Assembly (NCBI GenBank): GCA_964513145.1
Contig: CAZELK010000006.1
Span: 10,081-74,080 of the forward strand
DNA length: 64,000 nt
Reading direction: 5' to 3'
Source: Candidatus Woesearchaeota archaeon
GTDB lineage: Archaea > Nanobdellota > Nanobdellia > SCGC-AAA011-G17 > JACPIM01
Shown in pieces: positions 19,934 to 29,851 of the stretch (position 1 is the stretch's first letter; every line of letters begins with the position of its first letter). Under the pieces are notes generated by a model. It saw nothing but the letters and a program-made list of their open reading frames with translations, had not been told where the DNA came from and made no database searches. The translations under genes and the position numbers were made by a program.

Positions 19934-20242
19934 ATGAATCAATTATATTATGTATATAAAACAAATGAGAAGCTTACAGTGTATTCATCAGCCAATGAAT
20001 TTGTCTATAAACGATTTACGCAATTTAAAAGTTTAATTGAATTTTTTTCTGAAATAATTGCTGATCATCACAAACCGACACCTGATTTAAGTTATGACGT
20101 GCCTTCTGAACTTAAAAAAAGAAAAGATGGTGTAAAAAGAGTTCCCTTAGAAATAACAACATTATTTGATTTAGTCAGAAGTCTGCATGATGCCTCTGAA
20201 AAACAAATTAAGAAAGGGATTAGACAAAACATCAATCAATAA
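19934..20242 (+). CDS. Hypothetical protein
   Basis: About 100-aa ORF; ATG at 19934 preferred over TTG at 19922. Confidence 0.55.
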   Translation: MNQLYYVYKTNEKLTVYSSANEFVYKRFTQFKSLIEFFSEIIADHHKPTPDLSYDVPSELKKRKDGVKRVPLEITTLFDLVRSLHDASEKQIKKGIRQNINQ

Positions 20243-20275
20243 ATTTATATATAATTAATTAAAATATTAAATACA

Positions 20276-20536
20276 ATGGAAATAAAAAAGAAGTGCTGGC
20301 CCCAATCTTTTCAATTAATGTTAGATGGCAAGAAAAATTTTGATTTAAGACTTGCTGATTTTGATTTAAATGAAGATGATACAATTATTTATGAGGAATG
20401 GGATCCTAAAACCAAGAAATATAGCGGAAGAGTTCTGAAAAAGCAAGTAAAAAATCTCAGGAAATTTAAGGCTACTGAATTTAACTCTATTCAAGACATA
20501 GAAAAATTCGGACATTATGCTATAGAATTTGAGTAA
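20276..20536 (+). CDS. DUF3850/ASCH-like PUA-fold protein
   Basis: KKCWPQSFQLMLDGKKNFDLRLADFD...EEWDP...YSGR. Confidence 0.8.
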   Translation: MEIKKKCWPQSFQLMLDGKKNFDLRLADFDLNEDDTIIYEEWDPKTKKYSGRVLKKQVKNLRKFKATEFNSIQDIEKFGHYAIEFE

Positions 20537-20616
20537 TTCTGGGTCTTAGTTTAATTATAAAAAGATTTATAGTTAATTTTAAATATCTCAGGAAATTTCT
20601 ATTTATGGGGTGATTC

Positions 20617-20892
20617 ATGGGAAATAAACTTTTATTTTTTACGGGAGAAGAATGTCCCCATTGTCATGACTCTTTGCCGCTAATAGCCAGACTAGAAAAA
20701 GAACATAAACTTAAAATTGAAAAGATTGAGGTTTGGCATAATGCCAAAAATGCAGCTATTCTTGAGAAATTAGACAATGGCAAATGTGGCGGTGTACCTT
20801 TTTTTTATAATGAAAATACAGGTGGATGGATTTGTGGAACTCCAAATTCTTATGAAGATTTAAAAGAGTGGGCTTTAGGCAAAAAGAAATAG
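20617..20892 (+). CDS. Thioredoxin/glutaredoxin-like protein
   Basis: CPHC active site, cis-Pro GVPFF; 1 bp before pdhA. Confidence 0.85.
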   Translation: MGNKLLFFTGEECPHCHDSLPLIARLEKEHKLKIEKIEVWHNAKNAAILEKLDNGKCGGVPFFYNENTGGWICGTPNSYEDLKEWALGKKK

Positions 20893-20893
20893 T

Positions 20894-21961
20894 ATGTTAA
20901 GAATTTTAAAGAAGTTTGAAGTAAAAAGATTAGAAGTTTTAAATAAAGAAGGAAAGTATGATAAAAAATTAATGCCTAAGCTTAATAATAAAGACATAAA
21001 AAAGATTTATGAAGCAATGATTCTTACAAGAGTTTTTGATAGGAAAGCATTAAATTTACAGAGGCAGGGGAGATTAGGAACATATGCATCTATGGAGGGA
21101 CAAGAGGCAACTATTATTGGTTCTGCTTATGCTTTAAAAAAAGAAGATTGGTTATTTCCTTGCTTTAGAGAAAATGGTGCCTTAATATTAAGAGGTCAAT
21201 CAATGGAAGATTTGTTTCTTTATTGGGGCGGAGATGAAAGGGGAATGAATATTCCAAAAGATGTTAATAACTTTCCAATAGCAATTCCAGTAGGCACACA
21301 AATATTACATGCTGTTGGTGTTGCTTTGGGAGCTAAAATACAAAATAAGAAAATATGCAGCTTAGTATATTTTGGTGATGGTGCGACTTCAGAAGGAGAT
21401 TTTCATGAAGGTCTGAACATGGCAGGAGTATTTAAATTACCTGTTGTTTTTATCTGCCAGAATAACCAGTGGGCAATTTCTGTACCATTAAAAAAACAAA
21501 CTGCTTCTGAAACATTAGCACAAAAAGCGATAGCTTATGGTTTTAATGGCATACAAGTTGATGGAAATGATGTGCTTGCTGTTTACAAAGCAACCAAAGA
21601 GGCTTTGGACAATGCAAGAAATGGGAATGGGCCGACTTTAATTGAATGCCAAACTTATAGAATAAATGATCACACAACTTCTGATGATTCTAAAAAATAC
21701 AGGAATGAAAAAGAAGTTACTGAATGGAAAAAGAAAGACCCGATAATAAGATTATGGAATTTCATGAAAAGAAAAAAACTGTGGAACAAAAAATATGAGC
21801 AGAAAATAATTGAAAAATCTACCAAAGATGTTGAGGCTGCTGTTAAAAAAGCTGAGTCAACACCAAAACCAAAAGTTGAAGACATGTTCAAATATGTTTA
21901 CAGCAATATAACTCCAATACAAAAAGAAGAATTAGAATCTTTTAGGAAAAATGAAAACTAA
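20894..21961 (+). CDS. pdhA: Pyruvate/2-oxoacid dehydrogenase E1 alpha
   Basis: LQRQGRLGTY, GQEA, TPP motif FGDGATSEGDFHEGLN...QNNQWAIS, YRINDHTTSDD. Confidence 0.95.
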   Translation: MLRILKKFEVKRLEVLNKEGKYDKKLMPKLNNKDIKKIYEAMILTRVFDRKALNLQRQGRLGTYASMEGQEATIIGSAYALKKEDWLFPCFRENGALILRGQSMEDLFLYWGGDERGMNIPKDVNNFPIAIPVGTQILHAVGVALGAKIQNKKICSLVYFGDGATSEGDFHEGLNMAGVFKLPVVFICQNNQWAISVPLKKQTASETLAQKAIAYGFNGIQVDGNDVLAVYKATKEALDNARNGNGPTLIECQTYRINDHTTSDDSKKYRNEKEVTEWKKKDPIIRLWNFMKRKKLWNKKYEQKIIEKSTKDVEAAVKKAESTPKPKVEDMFKYVYSNITPIQKEELESFRKNEN

Positions 21962-22937
21962 AATGGCTAAATTAAATTTAGTAGAAGCAATAAACCTAGG
22001 ATTAAAACAAGAAATGAAAAGAGACAAAAATGTAGTCATTTTGGGAGAAGATGTTGGCAAAGACGGCGGGGTTTTTAGAGTTACAGATAATTTACAAAAA
22101 ATTTTTGGTGAAAAAAGAGTTTTTGACACACCTTTATGTGAATCTGGTATTGTCGGGGCTTCAATAGGCATGGCTGTTTTTGGATTAAAACCTGTTTGCG
22201 AGATTCAATTTGATGGTTTTATTATGCCTGCTATTGATCAAATAATAACTCATGCAGCAAGAATCAGAAACAGATCAAGGGGCAGATTTAAAGCTCCAAT
22301 TGTTATAAGATGTCCTCATGGTGGTGGAATTAAGGCTCTGGAACATCATTCTGATTGTCCCGAGGTTTTATTTGCCCATATACCCGGACTAAAAGTTGTT
22401 ATACCTTCAACACCTTATGATGCAAAGGGATTAATTGCAAGTGCTATTAGAAGTGATGATCCAGTGATATTTTTTGAACCTAAAAAAGTTTATAGGGCTA
22501 TTAAAGAAGAAGTTCCTGAAAAAGAATATGTTATTCCAATAGGAAAAGCAAAAATTGTTCAAGAAGGAAATGACATAACAATAATATCTTATGGTGCAAT
22601 TATACATAAAGTAAAAGAAGCTGCAGATAAATTAAATGAAATCAGCTGCGAAATCATAGACTTAAGAACATTAAGTCCATTAGATGAAGAAACAATTATT
22701 GATAGTGTGAAAAAAACTGGAAGAGCTTTGATTGTTCATGAAGCGCCAAAAATGTTTGGTGTTGGTGCAGAGATAAGCGCATTAATAAATCAAAAGGATT
22801 TATTGAGCCTGGAAGCACCTATAGAAAGAGTTGCTGGTTATGATGTTGTTGTTCCTTTGCCAAAATTAGAGGACTATCATATTCCGAATGTCGAAAGGAT
22901 TATTAATGGAATAAAAAAAGTTGTTAACTTTGAATGA
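21951..22937 (+). CDS. pdhB: Pyruvate/2-oxoacid dehydrogenase E1 beta
   Basis: LGEDVGKDGGVFRVT, DTPLCESGIVG, EIQFDGF, EHHSDCPE, IDLRTLSPLD. Confidence 0.95.
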   Translation: MKTKMAKLNLVEAINLGLKQEMKRDKNVVILGEDVGKDGGVFRVTDNLQKIFGEKRVFDTPLCESGIVGASIGMAVFGLKPVCEIQFDGFIMPAIDQIITHAARIRNRSRGRFKAPIVIRCPHGGGIKALEHHSDCPEVLFAHIPGLKVVIPSTPYDAKGLIASAIRSDDPVIFFEPKKVYRAIKEEVPEKEYVIPIGKAKIVQEGNDITIISYGAIIHKVKEAADKLNEISCEIIDLRTLSPLDEETIIDSVKKTGRALIVHEAPKMFGVGAEISALINQKDLLSLEAPIERVAGYDVVVPLPKLEDYHIPNVERIINGIKKVVNFE

Positions 22938-22943
22938 GGTATC

Positions 22944-23837
22944 ATGAGTTTGGAATTAAGAATTATTGAACCTGGGAAAAAAAATGGTGCATTTAACACT
23001 GCTTTAGATATGGCTCTTTTAGAATTAGTTGGAAATAATGAAAGCAAACCAACTATTGTACTTTCTGACTGGGAACCAACTGTTTCTTTAGGCAATTCTC
23101 AAAATTATTTTTTAGATGCTGATGAAGAAGCTTGCAGAAGACGCGGTGTTCAGATTGTAAGACGAAAGTCCGGCGGACAAGCTGTTTTTTTAGATGATAA
23201 TTATTTTGTATTTTCAGTTATTGCCAAACCAAATATGTTCCCAAAAGACCTCACTATTTTAAGAAAATGGTTTTGCAATTTAGTTATTGAAATGCTTACT
23301 GATTATAATATCCCTGCTGAGTTTTATCAACCAGATAATATAGTTATAAAAGATGGTAATAGGTTTAGAACATTGGGCAATTCCGGGCAAATTATTACTA
23401 ACAAAGCAATTGTTGTACATGGATCTATAAGATATTCTTTAAAAAATCTTGATATAATGACTGATGTTTTAAAAGTAAATGGTCAAAAATTACATCAGTT
23501 TAAAGATGAAATTGAGAATATTCTCGCTGATGTTGAAAGATATAAATGCAAAATTGACTTAAAGCAAGCTTTCTTAGATCATTTCTCAAGCAAATACCAA
23601 GCTAATTTTCTTAGGGGTGAATTAAGCTTAACTGAAAAAAATAAAACAAATAAAATTGCAGATGATTTAATTAAAAATGTTTCTGGAGAAATAAATTATA
23701 AATCCAGGGGTGTATGTTACTTTTTCTTAAATGGACAAAATTTAGTCCCTTCTCTTCAAAAATTTTTACCTGAAAATAAACCAAGTGAATGGCTTGATTC
23801 AGTTATCCAGCTTGAGGAAAGTGTAAATGGCATTTGA
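22944..23837 (+). CDS. lplA: Lipoate-protein ligase family protein
   Basis: NTALDMALL, TVSLGNSQ, VRRKSGGQAVFLD, VVHGSI; lies inside the pdh cluster. Confidence 0.85.
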   Translation: MSLELRIIEPGKKNGAFNTALDMALLELVGNNESKPTIVLSDWEPTVSLGNSQNYFLDADEEACRRRGVQIVRRKSGGQAVFLDDNYFVFSVIAKPNMFPKDLTILRKWFCNLVIEMLTDYNIPAEFYQPDNIVIKDGNRFRTLGNSGQIITNKAIVVHGSIRYSLKNLDIMTDVLKVNGQKLHQFKDEIENILADVERYKCKIDLKQAFLDHFSSKYQANFLRGELSLTEKNKTNKIADDLIKNVSGEINYKSRGVCYFFLNGQNLVPSLQKFLPENKPSEWLDSVIQLEESVNGI

Positions 23838-25080
23838 ATTTAAATTTCCCGATGTAGGCGAGGGAATTCATGAGGGAGAAATAGTTAAATGGCTTGTTAA
23901 AGAGGGAGATTCTGTAAAAGAAGATCAGCCATTATTAGAAGTGCAAACAGACAAGGCAATTGTCCAAATTCCAAGCCCAAAAACCGGGACTATATTAAAA
24001 ATAAATTTTAAAACAGGCAACACTGTTAAAGTTGGCGAGGTTCTAATTGTAATTGGGGTGAAAGGTGAACAAAATTCAAAGACAAAAGGTTTTGCAGTTG
24101 TCGGGAAATTAGAGGAAGCCAAAGATGAAGAGGCTTTGCCAAAACAAACTTTTAGGAAATTTGAGCAAAACAAAAACACTGGAAAAGTTTTAGCCACACC
24201 AAAAGTCAGGGCTTTGGCTAAAAGATTAGGTGTTGATATTAACTTAATAAAAGGAACTGGAAAAAACGGGATTATTTTTGATGATGATATAATAAACTTC
24301 AGCAAGAAACCGCTTTCTGAGAAAGTTTTACCTAAAACTGATAAACAAGGAATTAAAATAACAAAGAAATATGATTTTTACGGTTATGTTGACAGAGTGC
24401 CATTAAAAGGTCTGAGAAAAATTATTGCAGAGAATATGGTTAAATCAATTACAAAAGCAGTTCATGTTACTCACATGGATTTTGCTGATGTTACTTATTT
24501 AACTGGTATTAGAGAAAGAGAAAAAATAAAGCTGCAGAAAAATGGAATAAAATTAACTTATTTACCTTTTATTATCAAGGCAGCCATATCTGCTTTGAAA
24601 GAACACCCATATTTAAATTCTACATTAGATGAAGAAAATCAAGAGATTATCTTAAAAAAATATTATAATATCGGAATAGCTGTTGATACTGAAGACGGCT
24701 TAATAGTTCCTGTAATTAAAAGGGCTGAAACAAAAGAAATTTCAGAACTTGCAAAAGATATTTCTAATTTAAGTAATCTAGCTAAAGAAAGAAAAATTGA
24801 TTTAAGTGATCTAAAAGGCGGAACATTTACTATTACAAATATTGGCAGTATTGGTGGAACTTATGCAACGCCAATTATTAATTATCCTGAAAGTGCGATA
24901 CTGGCTTTAGGCAGAATTCAAGACAATGCTTTAGTTATTAATAATAAAATACAAATTAGGAAAATATTGCCTTTTTCATTATCATTTGATCATAGAATTT
25001 TGGATGGTGCTGAAGCGGCAAAATTTGCCAACAAAGTTAAATCTCTTTTAGAAGACCCAGACTCTTTATTAAAATCTTAA
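23827..25080 (+). CDS. pdhC: Dihydrolipoamide acyltransferase E2
   Basis: Lipoyl domain EVQTDKA, E3-binding ATPKVRALAKRLGVD, catalytic FDHRILDGA. Confidence 0.95.
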   Translation: MAFEFKFPDVGEGIHEGEIVKWLVKEGDSVKEDQPLLEVQTDKAIVQIPSPKTGTILKINFKTGNTVKVGEVLIVIGVKGEQNSKTKGFAVVGKLEEAKDEEALPKQTFRKFEQNKNTGKVLATPKVRALAKRLGVDINLIKGTGKNGIIFDDDIINFSKKPLSEKVLPKTDKQGIKITKKYDFYGYVDRVPLKGLRKIIAENMVKSITKAVHVTHMDFADVTYLTGIREREKIKLQKNGIKLTYLPFIIKAAISALKEHPYLNSTLDEENQEIILKKYYNIGIAVDTEDGLIVPVIKRAETKEISELAKDISNLSNLAKERKIDLSDLKGGTFTITNIGSIGGTYATPIINYPESAILALGRIQDNALVINNKIQIRKILPFSLSFDHRILDGAEAAKFANKVKSLLEDPDSLLKS

Positions 25081-25359
25081 TTCCAGACCAGAAGCAGATT
25101 TAGGTTTTGAAGCACATAATTCGTTTGCTCTTTTTAATTCTGATCTATATCTTAATAAAATATTAAGTTCCGGCTCTTGAACTTGTTCTGAAAATCTGCT
25201 TAAAAAATCTTTTAATTTTTTATTTACATACCTAAAGTTATCTTCTTTAACTTCTATAAATCTAAGGAGTTCATTATCCGGATCTTCAGTTTGCAATTTA
25301 GCATACTCTGCAATTAATACTGAAGTTGCCATTTCATATGCTGATTTTATGCTTGTCAT
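25069..25359 (-). CDS. Hypothetical protein
   Basis: 96-aa ORF convergent with pdhC; no motif. Confidence 0.55.
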   Translation of the reverse strand: MTSIKSAYEMATSVLIAEYAKLQTEDPDNELLRFIEVKEDNFRYVNKKLKDFLSRFSEQVQEPELNILLRYRSELKRANELCASKPKSASGLELRF

Positions 25360-25412
25360 AAAAAAAATTACCTTTACTTAGGTTTATAAATATTGCTAAA
25401 TGTAATAATCTT

Positions 25413-26243
25413 ATGGAGTCAATTGGCGGACAAGCCCTGATTGAGGGTGTTTTAATGCGAAATAAAAGCATTATTGGAATAGCAATTAGGAAACCAAACG
25501 GGCAAATTAAAACTGAAAAGCAACAATCTAATTTATTTGACAAATACAGAAAAATAATTTTTTTAAGAGGGATAATTGTTTTAATAGAAACTTTATATAT
25601 TGGAACAAAGGCATTAATATATTCTGCTAATGAAGCTTCTTCTGAAAAAGATGAAAAAATCTCAAAAAAAGAAATATTTCTTAGCATATTCTTATCTTTA
25701 ATATTTGGTGTGGGTTTTTTTATTTTGCTGCCATTTTATCTTACGAAATTTCTGGTTGATGATGGAATCTTATTTAATATTATTGACGGGTTATTGAGGG
25801 TATTTATTTTTATTATATATGTTATTGCAATTTCTTTTATGAAAGACATTAAAAGAGTTTTCCAATATCATGGTGCTGAACACATGGCTGTACACTGCTA
25901 TGAAAATAAAGACAAACTTACTGTAAATAACTGCAGAAAATACTCAACTATCCATGTTAGGTGTGGAACTAATTTCTTGTTTATAGTGTTATTATTGAGT
26001 ATTATTGTATTTTCTTTTATAATAAGCGATATTTGGTATATTAAACTTCTTTCAAGAATAATTTTAATTCCTTTAATTGCTTCGCTTTCTTATGAGTTTT
26101 TAAAACTAAGCAGCAGATTTGAGAATTTCTTTTTAATAAGAATATTAACAAAACCAGGGCTGTTATTACAGAAAATAACCACGAAAAAGCCAGATGACAA
26201 GCAAATTGAAGTTGCCATATCTGCTTTGAAACTAGTTTCTTAA
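25413..26243 (+). CDS. DUF1385 membrane protein
   Basis: GGQALIEGVLMR, FQYHGAEH, HVRCGTNF, LQKITTKKPDDKQIEVAI. Confidence 0.92.
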   Translation: MESIGGQALIEGVLMRNKSIIGIAIRKPNGQIKTEKQQSNLFDKYRKIIFLRGIIVLIETLYIGTKALIYSANEASSEKDEKISKKEIFLSIFLSLIFGVGFFILLPFYLTKFLVDDGILFNIIDGLLRVFIFIIYVIAISFMKDIKRVFQYHGAEHMAVHCYENKDKLTVNNCRKYSTIHVRCGTNFLFIVLLLSIIVFSFIISDIWYIKLLSRIILIPLIASLSYEFLKLSSRFENFFLIRILTKPGLLLQKITTKKPDDKQIEVAISALKLVS

Positions 26244-26244
26244 T

Positions 26245-27183
26245 ATGCAAATAAAAAACAAGTTTCCCAAATTATCTAGCAAGGCTTTACTCAGCCCTAT
26301 GTCTGGAGTAACAGATATAGCATTTAGAATACTTGCGAAAAAATATGGGGCTGGCTTAACTTATACGGAATTTGTAAGCAGCGCCGGAATTGTGCGAAAT
26401 AATAAAAATACTTTAGAAATGATTAAGACTGTGCCTTCTGAAAAACCTGTAGCTGTACAATTATTTGGGAATAATGTTCAAGAGGTTGTTGATGCTGCAA
26501 AATTAATTGAAGACCAATTTGATGTTATTGATGTGAACTGCGGGTGTCCAGCATGGAAGGTTATAAAAACCGGATCCGGAAGTGCGATGTTAAATGATGT
26601 CAATAAAATTGGCAAATTTATCAATAAACTTTCTTCATCTATAAACAAACCAGTCACATTGAAAATAAGAACTGGGGTTGATGATAAAAAAGTTAATGCT
26701 GTTGAAGTTGCTAAAACAGCTGAAGAAAATGGTGCCAGTGCAATAGCTGTACATGGAAGAACACAAAAACAAGGTTATAGTGGATCTGCTAACTGGGAAA
26801 TTATTAAAAAAGTTAAAGAATCTGTAAATATTCCTGTAATTGGTAATGGTGATGTTTTTAGTCCTGAAATTTTTAAAGAAAGATTAGAGCAAAGTAATGT
26901 TGATTTTATTATGATAGCAAGGGCAGCTATTGGAAACCTGTTTATTTTCAAACAAATTAAAGATTATATAAAATCAGGAACTTATGAAATTAAAAACCCT
27001 CTGGAACAATTCTCTGAATATTGTGTTCTTGCTGAGAAATATGAAGTTCCATTTAAGCTTGTTAAAAATCATGCAATAAGATTTACAAAGGGTCTTGAAA
27101 AAGGATCAAAATTAAGAGAATTATTATCAAAATGCAATAATTTAAATGAAATAAAAAAGATAATATCTAATTATGTTATTTAG
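26245..27183 (+). CDS. dus: tRNA-dihydrouridine synthase
   Basis: SPMSGVTD, VQLFG, DVNCGCP, GSGSAML, HGRT, IGNGDV. Confidence 0.93.
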   Translation: MQIKNKFPKLSSKALLSPMSGVTDIAFRILAKKYGAGLTYTEFVSSAGIVRNNKNTLEMIKTVPSEKPVAVQLFGNNVQEVVDAAKLIEDQFDVIDVNCGCPAWKVIKTGSGSAMLNDVNKIGKFINKLSSSINKPVTLKIRTGVDDKKVNAVEVAKTAEENGASAIAVHGRTQKQGYSGSANWEIIKKVKESVNIPVIGNGDVFSPEIFKERLEQSNVDFIMIARAAIGNLFIFKQIKDYIKSGTYEIKNPLEQFSEYCVLAEKYEVPFKLVKNHAIRFTKGLEKGSKLRELLSKCNNLNEIKKIISNYVI

Positions 27184-27224
27184 AACACAATTATTTATAA
27201 AATTAATTTTTTGTTAAAATTGAA

Positions 27225-27644
27225 ATGGACAAAGGCGAGTTTAAAATTCCAAGAGTTGGAAGTGCTATTCTAGTAGAAGATAATGGCAAATATCTTCTTG
27301 GCAAAAGGAACAAGCAAAATTACCAAAATTTCTGGGTTATTCCTGGCGGAAAAGTTGAATGGGGCGAGAATTTAGAACAAGCAGGAATAAGGGAACTTAA
27401 AGAAGAAACAAATCTTGATGTTGAAATTGTGAAATTTCTTGGATGGAAGGAAATAATTAATACTAAAGATGATTATCATAGATATGTTTTCTTTTTCCTG
27501 GGAAAATTAAAAGACCATGAGGTTGATATTAAAACTCTAGAAGATGTAAGTGAGGCGAAGTTTTTTGCAATTGATGAAATAAAGAAAATTGACTTATTGG
27601 CCAATAGCGCTAAAGAAGTTTTTAAAATGATTAATTTATGGTAA
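27225..27644 (+). CDS. NUDIX hydrolase
   Basis: Nudix box GGKVEWGENLEQAGIRELKEETNL. Confidence 0.93.
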   Translation: MDKGEFKIPRVGSAILVEDNGKYLLGKRNKQNYQNFWVIPGGKVEWGENLEQAGIRELKEETNLDVEIVKFLGWKEIINTKDDYHRYVFFFLGKLKDHEVDIKTLEDVSEAKFFAIDEIKKIDLLANSAKEVFKMINLW

Positions 27645-28037
27645 TTAATAAGTTTCTATTTCTAAATTCTTTATTCTAGAAAAATCGCTAATATCTCGTG
27701 TTAAAACTTTCTCTTTTTTTAATAAGGCTATGGCGCCTATCATTATATCAATTGATCCAATCATATTCCCTTCTTTAGAAAGTTGTCCATCTATCTCTCC
27801 AGCTCTTTCTGCAGATTCTTTATTTAAAGAAATAATAAGTTGACTTCCTAAAATTTTCTCTATCTCTCGCTTTTCTTTTTCATATTTTTGACTTTTTATT
27901 AAACCGCTAAAAAGCTCAAATATAGACAAAGTTGTAATTATTAATGGCTCATTTTTTCTGATTAATTCTTCCAATTTCTTTAAGGCGTTCTCTTTTTTTC
28001 TTAATAAATCTATAATAAAACTTGTATCTAAAATCAT
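27645..28037 (-). CDS. vapC: PIN-domain (VapC-like) toxin
   Basis: ILDTSFIIDLL, SIFELFSG, GSIDIMIGAIA, LTRDISDF. Confidence 0.9.
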   Translation of the reverse strand: MILDTSFIIDLLRKKENALKKLEELIRKNEPLIITTLSIFELFSGLIKSQKYEKEKREIEKILGSQLIISLNKESAERAGEIDGQLSKEGNMIGSIDIMIGAIALLKKEKVLTRDISDFSRIKNLEIETY

Positions 28038-28267
28038 TGTAATTCTTTTGCGGTTTTATCTAATTCCTTTCGCATTCTTTTATTTAAATCTTTAATATTA
28101 TTTTCTAATTCGTCTGCGGCCTTACTAGACAATAATCCAACAATATCAAATAAAGACCTTTTATTTGTAATTCTATTGATCACATCACTAAAGCTTTCTT
28201 TTTGTTTTTTTAAATGTGCTAGTCTTTCATAAGCTTCATTTGTTACAGTAATACATTTAGTTGCCAT
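28034..28267 (-). CDS. vapB: VapB-like antitoxin (archaeal DUF217-type)
   Basis: TKCITVTNEAYERLAHLKKQKESFSDVINR; 4-bp overlap with the PIN gene. Confidence 0.87.
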   Translation of the reverse strand: MATKCITVTNEAYERLAHLKKQKESFSDVINRITNKRSLFDIVGLLSSKAADELENNIKDLNKRMRKELDKTAKELQ

Positions 28268-28365
28268 AAAACTAAATACATTTATATATATTTAAATATT
28301 TCTACTATAATTCTAACTTTAAAACCTTGAAATAAATCGAAATAAATACTGGAGAAATCCAATAT

Positions 28366-29799
28366 TTAACTTATTATAGAACTATACAAATTTATAGCTT
28401 CTGCAAAGGAGGCTGATGACAAGGATTTAGTGTCTATATAGTCTTTAATTGAGTTTAATAATTTCTCTGCTTTCTCAAGATATTCCTTATTATTTGTTTT
28501 TTTATATAAAGCCAATAATATTTTAACAGCCAAAGAATTTTCTTCTGTATCAATTCTTCTTATTTTTAAATAACCAAAATTATCTTCTGAGTCTTGTATA
28601 TCATAAAAAACTGTTTTATTTTTATCAAAGAAATTGTTAATTGTTTTCTCAATTAATTTCTCTGCTAAACCCATGTATTTTTTTTCATTGGTGCTTAATA
28701 AAGAACTAATTAATAATAAATGATTTTTTAGCAAGCAAGGCTCACGAGCTTTAGAATCGTAAAAATGCATAACCCCCTTACCTGAAACCATATTTACTAT
28801 TATGAAATCCAATATTTTCAAAGCAATTTCCCCATATCTGGAATCTTTTAAAATTTCCGAAGCAATTAAAAATGAATTTATTGCATAACAATTAAAAGCT
28901 AAAAATAAAGTCTTGTCAATGAAAGGCTTTTTATATTCTGATCTTTGTTTTAATGTTAGTTTACTGTATTTTTCATCTGCATCTTGGCTTGAATAAAAGA
29001 ATGTTTTTTCTTTATTCAAAAAAACTTCTATAATAAAATTAATTGTTTTTAATGCAACTTCTTTATATTTCTCATTTTCTGTCAATTTATACAAATATAA
29101 AAAGTTCTTCAATAATCTTGCATTGTCGTCAAGTAATTTTTCATAATGCGGGCTTGACCAATCTTGCTGCTGTGCATACCTATAAAAACCGCCTTCTTCT
29201 TTATCAAATATTTCATTATCAGCCATAGTTGAAAGGGTTTTTGTTAATATTACTCTTGCGTTTTTTTCTTCATCAAATAACATCATCAAAAAATCTATGA
29301 TCTGATGATTTGGAAATTTTGGGAGAGGTCCAAAACCACCAAAGTATGGATCATAAGAAAGTTCTATTGTGCTTAAAATCTCCTGCTGCATTTTTTGTAA
29401 ATCAGTATTATTGAATTTTGGCAATTCGAAAATTATTTCTTCTTTTATTTCTTTCTTGAATTTTTCTAAAGCATTGTCCAAAAAGTCCAACATATCAAAG
29501 GGTGGCAAGTATAAAGCACCTAGAATTAATCCGCCTTCTTTGTTCAAAATTGCTGTACTTGGCCAACCACCCAAATTATATCTATTATTTATGTCTGGCC
29601 GTTTATCTGTATCAACCCTAATTGGAATAAAATTGTTATTTATTTTGTCAATAACTTTTGTGCTGGAATATGTATCTTTATCTAATCTGTGGCACCAATG
29701 GCACCATATTGCAGATATGCTTAATAAAATCGGTTTTTTTTCTTTTTTTGATTTTTCAAAAGATTCTTTACTCCATTCTAGCCAATTTGGTTTATCCAT
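28366..29799 (-). CDS. DUF255 thioredoxin-domain protein (YyaL/SPATA20-like)
   Basis: WLEWSKESF, WCHWCH, RVDTDKRPDI, GGWPST, GGFGPLPKFP, EGGFYRY, PHYEKLLDDNA. Confidence 0.9.
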   Translation of the reverse strand: MDKPNWLEWSKESFEKSKKEKKPILLSISAIWCHWCHRLDKDTYSSTKVIDKINNNFIPIRVDTDKRPDINNRYNLGGWPSTAILNKEGGLILGALYLPPFDMLDFLDNALEKFKKEIKEEIIFELPKFNNTDLQKMQQEILSTIELSYDPYFGGFGPLPKFPNHQIIDFLMMLFDEEKNARVILTKTLSTMADNEIFDKEEGGFYRYAQQQDWSSPHYEKLLDDNARLLKNFLYLYKLTENEKYKEVALKTINFIIEVFLNKEKTFFYSSQDADEKYSKLTLKQRSEYKKPFIDKTLFLAFNCYAINSFLIASEILKDSRYGEIALKILDFIIVNMVSGKGVMHFYDSKAREPCLLKNHLLLISSLLSTNEKKYMGLAEKLIEKTINNFFDKNKTVFYDIQDSEDNFGYLKIRRIDTEENSLAVKILLALYKKTNNKEYLEKAEKLLNSIKDYIDTKSLSSASFAEAINLYSSIIS

Positions 29800-29851
29800 T
29801 TCTAGACTATCAACAATAGAATTTATAAAGTATTTTGTTATCTTCAGAAAA

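Noticed and set aside
29369-29851. 160-aa N-terminal extension of ABCE1 in the ORF track
   Set aside because: It is the antisense shadow of the DUF255 gene; the family N-terminus begins at ATG 29852
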